Assembly (NCBI GenBank): GCA_002245135.1
Contig: NGBS01000058.1
Coordinates: 1 to 32,255 of the forward strand
DNA from: Proteromonas lacertae
Lineage: Eukaryota
Direction of reading: 5' to 3'
Length of the DNA: 32,255 nucleotides
A model generated the notes under the pieces. The model was not told the origin of the DNA. It saw nothing but the letters and a program-made list of their open reading frames with translations, and made no database searches. This document shows, one piece after another, positions 23,802 through 32,255 of this stretch. The position numbers and the translations under genes are program-made. Position 1 is the first letter of the stretch. Each line of letters opens with the position of its first letter.

Positions 23802-25927
23802 TTATTGGTAATGAGAAACTGATAATAACTCAATTGAAGCTTCTAAAATGGATAATGAAACATATGAATATAATGGAGAAGGTAAATCTTCAACAAGTAA
23901 AACAGGAGATGAATTATTATGACTAATCAAAAATTCTCTTTTATTCATATCAACAATCACTTCATAAATTGAACCATCTCCATGATTATTGAAATTTGGA
24001 TTTTTATTAACAACTCTTCCAATATGACAATAATAAGTAATATCTTGACTTTTACCACCATAAGCACGATAATTACATGTTGTTGATTGATAATGAATAT
24101 CATAACCAGAATATGCATTATTATTTGATAATCCTAACATCATATGATCATAATAACTTCCATTTTGATGAAATTGATATTTGATATGATAAATTCCATT
24201 TTCCATTTTCAAATTCAAATAACAATGATTCCAATCATTAATTGTATTTGTTATTATTTTTCCATTATTTGAGATTGATATTCCATAACTTTTGTTTAAT
24301 TCTGTGAATTTTACATCAATAAATTCTAATGATATTTTGAATTTCTTTTCATTTACAATATTCTTACAACTTATTCCATATTCTCTCTTTTCTATTTCTT
24401 TATTTACTTTTCCATGAATTATTCCACTCTCTTTATCTATCATTAAACCATCTGGCAATGAAGGATTGATTGAAAATTCACATCGATTTCCATCAAATGA
24501 AGGAATTATTGACATTTCTTCATCTGATATAAATAAATATTCTGATTGAGGATATGAAAATGATGTGATTTCTTTTGTTTTTAATTCACTCAATAATTCT
24601 TTATCTTTCATTATTTTTATCATTTCTTCTTCTTCTTCGAAACTCAGTTTATTCTCTTTTATATATTCTATTAATAATTCTTTCGATTTGGAGTTTAAAT
24701 AACAATCTTCATTCAATATTCTAAAAAGAATTTCTTTTCCACATACTTCCTCTATTATTGATATATTCTTTTTATTATCAACAAACAAACATAAACATTT
24801 CATTGTTCGATTTCTTTTATTATCATTATATTCCATACATAATCTTTCCAATATATTTCTCTTTTTTGTATTTGAGATATATTCTATTTAAATATATTTT
24901 TAGTATTTATACTTTTCATTTTCACATTTTTATATTTCATTATCATCAATACTATTTCGATCATTTTTATATTATTCATTTCTAATATACACAGTATTTC
25001 ATCATTCAATTCTTCTTCTTTTATCTTATCCAATATTCTTCTTTCATCTTCATTAAATTCTTCTTCATCATTATCTTCATTGTAATTGTTGATTATTACA
25101 TTTTGAATTCTCTCATCTTTTATTAAATATATTTCTATATGATTTTTACATTCATTTTTCTTTAATTCTATGTTCATTTCTTTCAACATTTCTTTATTCT
25201 CTTTTTCTATCTCTTTCTCTTTTATCTTTTCACAATCGATATCTTCTTCTATCAATTGCTTAAAATCATCTTCTATCTCTTTATTATCATATTTCTCATT
25301 CTTTTGGAATTTATACCATTCTAACAATCGATTTAATAACCAACTCTCACTTCGAATTATCACATCTTTCATATTTAATATCTCACTCAAATTATTCATT
25401 TCTAATCTCAGCAAATATTCATTCTTATATAAATATTTATATCCTCGCTTTTCTATTTCCATATTTTTCAAGTCTTCTATCTCTCTCAAACATCCACCAA
25501 ATACATTACAAATATGAATTAATTTCATTAACACATCTTCATCTATATATTATTCACAAATTCATAACAATCATTTATTATCTCTTTTTCACAATAACAT
25601 AAACAAAACATCAACACTTCTCATACACTCTCTTTACACATTATCAGTTCACCACCACTGTAGTATTTCTCCATCTCATAATAGCCAATTTCTTCGATTT
25701 CTTCATATAACTCTAAAACTCCAACAAACTCACGATCTAACAACAGTTTCTTTACAGTTTCATTTCCATTCACTAAAATTGACTTGATTGACATTATTCG
25801 ACTATCTCTAATCTTCACTTCTATTTCACCAAAACCACTTTCAACCAATTTTCGACATAATCTATCATAAAAATAAATATAAAATATACCCTTCTTCTCT
25901 TATGCTTTTATTCACTTTTATTATCAT
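23802..25927 (-). pseudogene. Disrupted gene with BTB/BACK-like N-terminus, putative Ig (He_PIG-like) repeat and SPRY/B30.2-like C-terminus
   Basis: ATG 25927, intron 25862-25889; in-frame TGA 25621-25623; frame breaks near 25545 and 24885. SESWLLNRLLEWY is BACK-like, FSINPSLPDGLMIDKESGIIHG is a putative-Ig signature, ISISNNGKII..GIYHIK..MMLG..VIVDM..LPSPLYSYVSL is SPRY-like. Confidence 0.55.
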
Positions 25928-26611
25928 CTTTATGTAAATATATAACAAAAATAACGAAATTTGATTTTTATCAAAATTTTGAATAACCTAAAACTTAAAA
26001 TGTGAAAAACATTCTATATATCAATATTGAAGATTATATTGGTGTATAAATTCCTTCATTATGCTCTATAAAATTGTAAAATGTGAAGTATATAATGAAA
26101 TGTGATTACTTTGTTAAAGTAAGCGATTTTACAACTATTAATGTTTTTATAGAAGATTAATAAATATATTATCTGTGAGATTATATATATTAAATATGTG
26201 ATTATCTAGAAACATGACAGATTAAAGAAATGAGTGAAGAGAGTGATAATGATAATGATATAGTTAATATTATATTCTTTCCAACAGTTGTTATTTGTGT
26301 GTGAATATTTTTATCACCAAATAGAAGAATGTAAGTTTTACCATCATATTAATTATAATTACATGTAGTTGGTTGATCAAAATCTCTTTTTTCACAATGA
26401 ATATTATCAATAATAGACATTTTATGTATTAATAATACCAATTATTACTTTCATCCTCAAATAAGAAAAACTAATTTTAGTTTGTGTAGAATTACATGTA
26501 TTATTCTTGCTTCATTTTAATCAACCAATTCCTATTTTTAATTCCTATTTATACACCAAAAAATAATAATAATAAGAATGAAAATAATATAATAAATCAA
26601 TTTTCAATCAC

Positions 26612-28295
26612 TTATGGTCTTCTATCGAAATGCTCAGATCTCCTTGGATCTAAATGATCATGAGAACTAGATGCTCTATAGCCAGATGTATAATCATGGT
26701 GATGAGGATAGTCATCTTCATAGTCATAATCATCATCATATTCAGGTCCATATCCTCCCATACCTCCTCTTCCATACATCTGTGGATTGATTCTATTGTA
26801 AGGACGTCTGTTTTCTTCTTCTCTCTTCTTTTTTATTTCTTTTCTTGCTTTTATATTCTCATCACGTTGTAATTCTAGTTGTCTTTCATATAATTTGATT
26901 CTAAATATCTATAAATAAATAAAATAAGTAAATAAAATATATACATTTGCTTTTTGATCATAGATTGAATTATTAACAGTATTATAAGACTGCATAATTA
27001 TCTGATTTGTATTAACACCTTTCTTCAAATATAAACATTGATTCTCTTCATCAATTTTACCATCAATAATTCCTGTGATTATCAAATTACTCATTTCTTT
27101 TTGAAGATTGCCTAAATTATCACCAAATTCTTCTGCCATTGATGATAGCTTAATGATTTTATATGGTTTGAAGTATTGTTCTAATGATGCTTTCTTGAAT
27201 AAACCAACAATTGTTACATTAGTAAATCTTAGAATGTAATCATTTTCAATGAATCTCTATTACAATAAAAGATAAAAATTTATAAAATAAATATATACAT
27301 TCATTTTAATCCAAGATAATCTATAGGTCTTATAATCACATTGAGCAATGGAATTCAATAATACTTTCAAATTTGGATAAGATTCTCTAATAATCTTCAT
27401 TACTGACGGATTATTCACATATTTCACTCAACAATTCTTCTCTACTTGAACCACAAATTGAAGATATTACAAAATATATAATCACCATGATTAAACGGCA
27501 TAACTTCTTCTTTATATCTTCTTGATAATATTACATCTTTTAATATCCTTGATGCATCTTTTAAATTTCGTTTATATTCTTCTAACTTGCAGGGTGTAAT
27601 GATTTTACTTAAAGCATAACATACATTCAACCCATGATAAATTTCTAAACTTTGATTCTTTAATTCAACTAGTCCTTTATTATATTGACTGTGATTTAAT
27701 AAACTCTTACCATCACCGAAGATAGAGACTAAACTACAGATCTTTAATTGAGTTAATCCTCGATCTTTATCTGTGTTGCCGTAATTGTCTGGATTGACTA
27801 ATGCTGGCGACTGCTTTGTTGTATTCGTGTTTGTTTGCGAAATATTCTGCTCTGTTTTCTAAATCAAGCTATGAATTTCAAATAATCCTGATAATAAATA
27901 CCTTACCCAGTTTCACCTTGTAATGAAGCACCAGTTGTTTCAATGATTTCGTCGTTATGTGGCTTTACAGTGTCTTTTAACATGTCATCAAAGTGAAATT
28001 GATGTTTTGCATTGATTTGTTTAAGCTATAATCGTTATCAATTATTTCTATACATCTGCAATATAAGCTGGAATGTGCTTGTTGTTGCTGTAGTTAAGTG
28101 CTTCTAGAAAAGCATGTCTAGAATACTCATTGTCTCTATCTGCCATGTAAACTAGTCCTTGAAATCTATAGTGATGTAAATGAAAGTAGAATACTTTTTT
28201 TAATCCTATATAAGCTTCAGAATAAGATAAAATGTTTTCAAATGGATCTCCTTGCGCTGGAAATGGTGAGCCATTTGATCTAGCTGAAAACTCAT
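26612..28295 (-). CDS. CSN1: PCI-domain protein, most like COP9 signalosome subunit 1 (multi-exon, apparent indels near the 5' end)
   Basis: QYFKPYKIIKLSSMAEEFG..LQKEMSNLIITGIIDGKIDEENQCLY matches the CSN1/Rpn7-type PCI end; N-terminal YSEAYIGLK..LVYMADR..AFLEAL resembles CSN1. Last exon ends ..FDRRP* (26612). Start tentative. Confidence 0.6.
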
Positions 28296-28555
28296 ATTCT
28301 ATTTGAATAAATAATGGATGGCTTACTTACAATATAAAAATGAAAAAACACTCAAGCCTTAAAAACAAGATTCAAGCCAAGTCCTTTTTACAGCAACATC
28401 AAGAACTCATTAATTATAATAGTTATGTGGGAATTATAATGATATATGGAATGTTGTTCTTGGTATTTATCACTTCAGAAAATAAACCAACAATTTAAAA
28501 TATGAAAGTAAAAAATGAGTTTCAAAAATTATATTCGTTTTGATTTTTTTGTGAA

Positions 28556-28842
28556 ATGGATTCACTCACTATAAAGAGGGTATTTTGTTTATTGATATAT
28601 TAAAAGAATACAGTTCAAGCTATGCTAGCAAAATGTCTTAATGGAAGAATGAAAGTATCAACAACAGCGAATGATCTTTCTGCAGTGTATATTCAAGCAT
28701 TTTTAGAAGGTAACTAAATTAAATTATATTTTTATAGAAGCTTTATCAAGAGCAATTATTGTAGCTAAAGAAATCAGGTGAAAATGAGGTAAAGCCAGAA
28801 CATATTCAAAGAATACTACCTCAATTGTTGTTAGATTTTTAA
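28556..28842 (+). CDS. CENPX: CENP-X / MHF2 histone-fold protein; introns 28580-28606, 28710-28737; one extra A at 28771-28773
   Basis: Spliced: MDSLTIKR|NTVQAMLAKCLNGRMKVSTTANDLSAVYIQAFLE|EALSRAIIVAKESGENEVKPEHIQRILPQLLLDF*. The C-terminal LPQLLLDF is the CENP-X signature. Confidence 0.9.
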
Positions 28843-28913
28843 TTTATAAGAATAATTTAATGTCAAGTGTTTTTCATTAGAATAATACAACAAATTTTCA
28901 AAAAATAATGTGA

Positions 28914-32255
<3,342 letters not shown>

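Noticed and set aside
15251..25517. Antisense and alternate-frame ORFs (e.g. 15270-15731, 17371-17724, 23035-23833, 25170-25517)
   Set aside because: They lie opposite well-supported genes and have Phe/Ile/Ser-rich composition typical of reverse-complemented Lys/Glu/Asn codons.
26202..26420. 73-codon minus-strand frame with one internal TAA (26349-26351)
   Set aside because: No recognisable domain and no suitable intron removing the stop; may be a gene remnant but cannot be supported.

Overview
Very AT-rich, gene-dense eukaryotic DNA in the standard genetic code, with tiny GT-AG introns (mostly 26-39 nt in the genes I reconstructed). This, plus a putative-Ig-domain gene, suggests a Blastocystis-like protist; that assignment is inference. 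Genes in order: WD40 protein, degenerate adenylate-kinase-like protein with a probable organellar presequence, RGG-DEAH-helicase/RBR-ligase fusion, eIF2-alpha kinase, ARF GTPase, PPIL2 cyclophilin, Hsp70-like copy A, UTP15, an unknown gene, Hsp70-like copy B, a PITAIRE CDK, a disrupted BTB/BACK-Ig-SPRY gene, a CSN1-like PCI protein, CENP-X/MHF2 (absent from the ORF track) and a USP deubiquitinase running off the end. The most striking structure is a divergent inverted pair of lidless Hsp70-like genes sharing 972 bp with only 5 substitutions by my manual alignment. Only copy A has a start codon and N-terminus, and the two carry patchwork-divergent substrate-binding domains. Recombination between the repeats would flip the ~4 kb between them and swap which substrate-binding domain is expressed (hypothesis). 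A candidate core-promoter motif RGYTTGA recurs ~23-32 nt upstream of several start codons. Single-base indels in many conserved genes suggest imperfect consensus accuracy, so frameshift claims need read-level checks.
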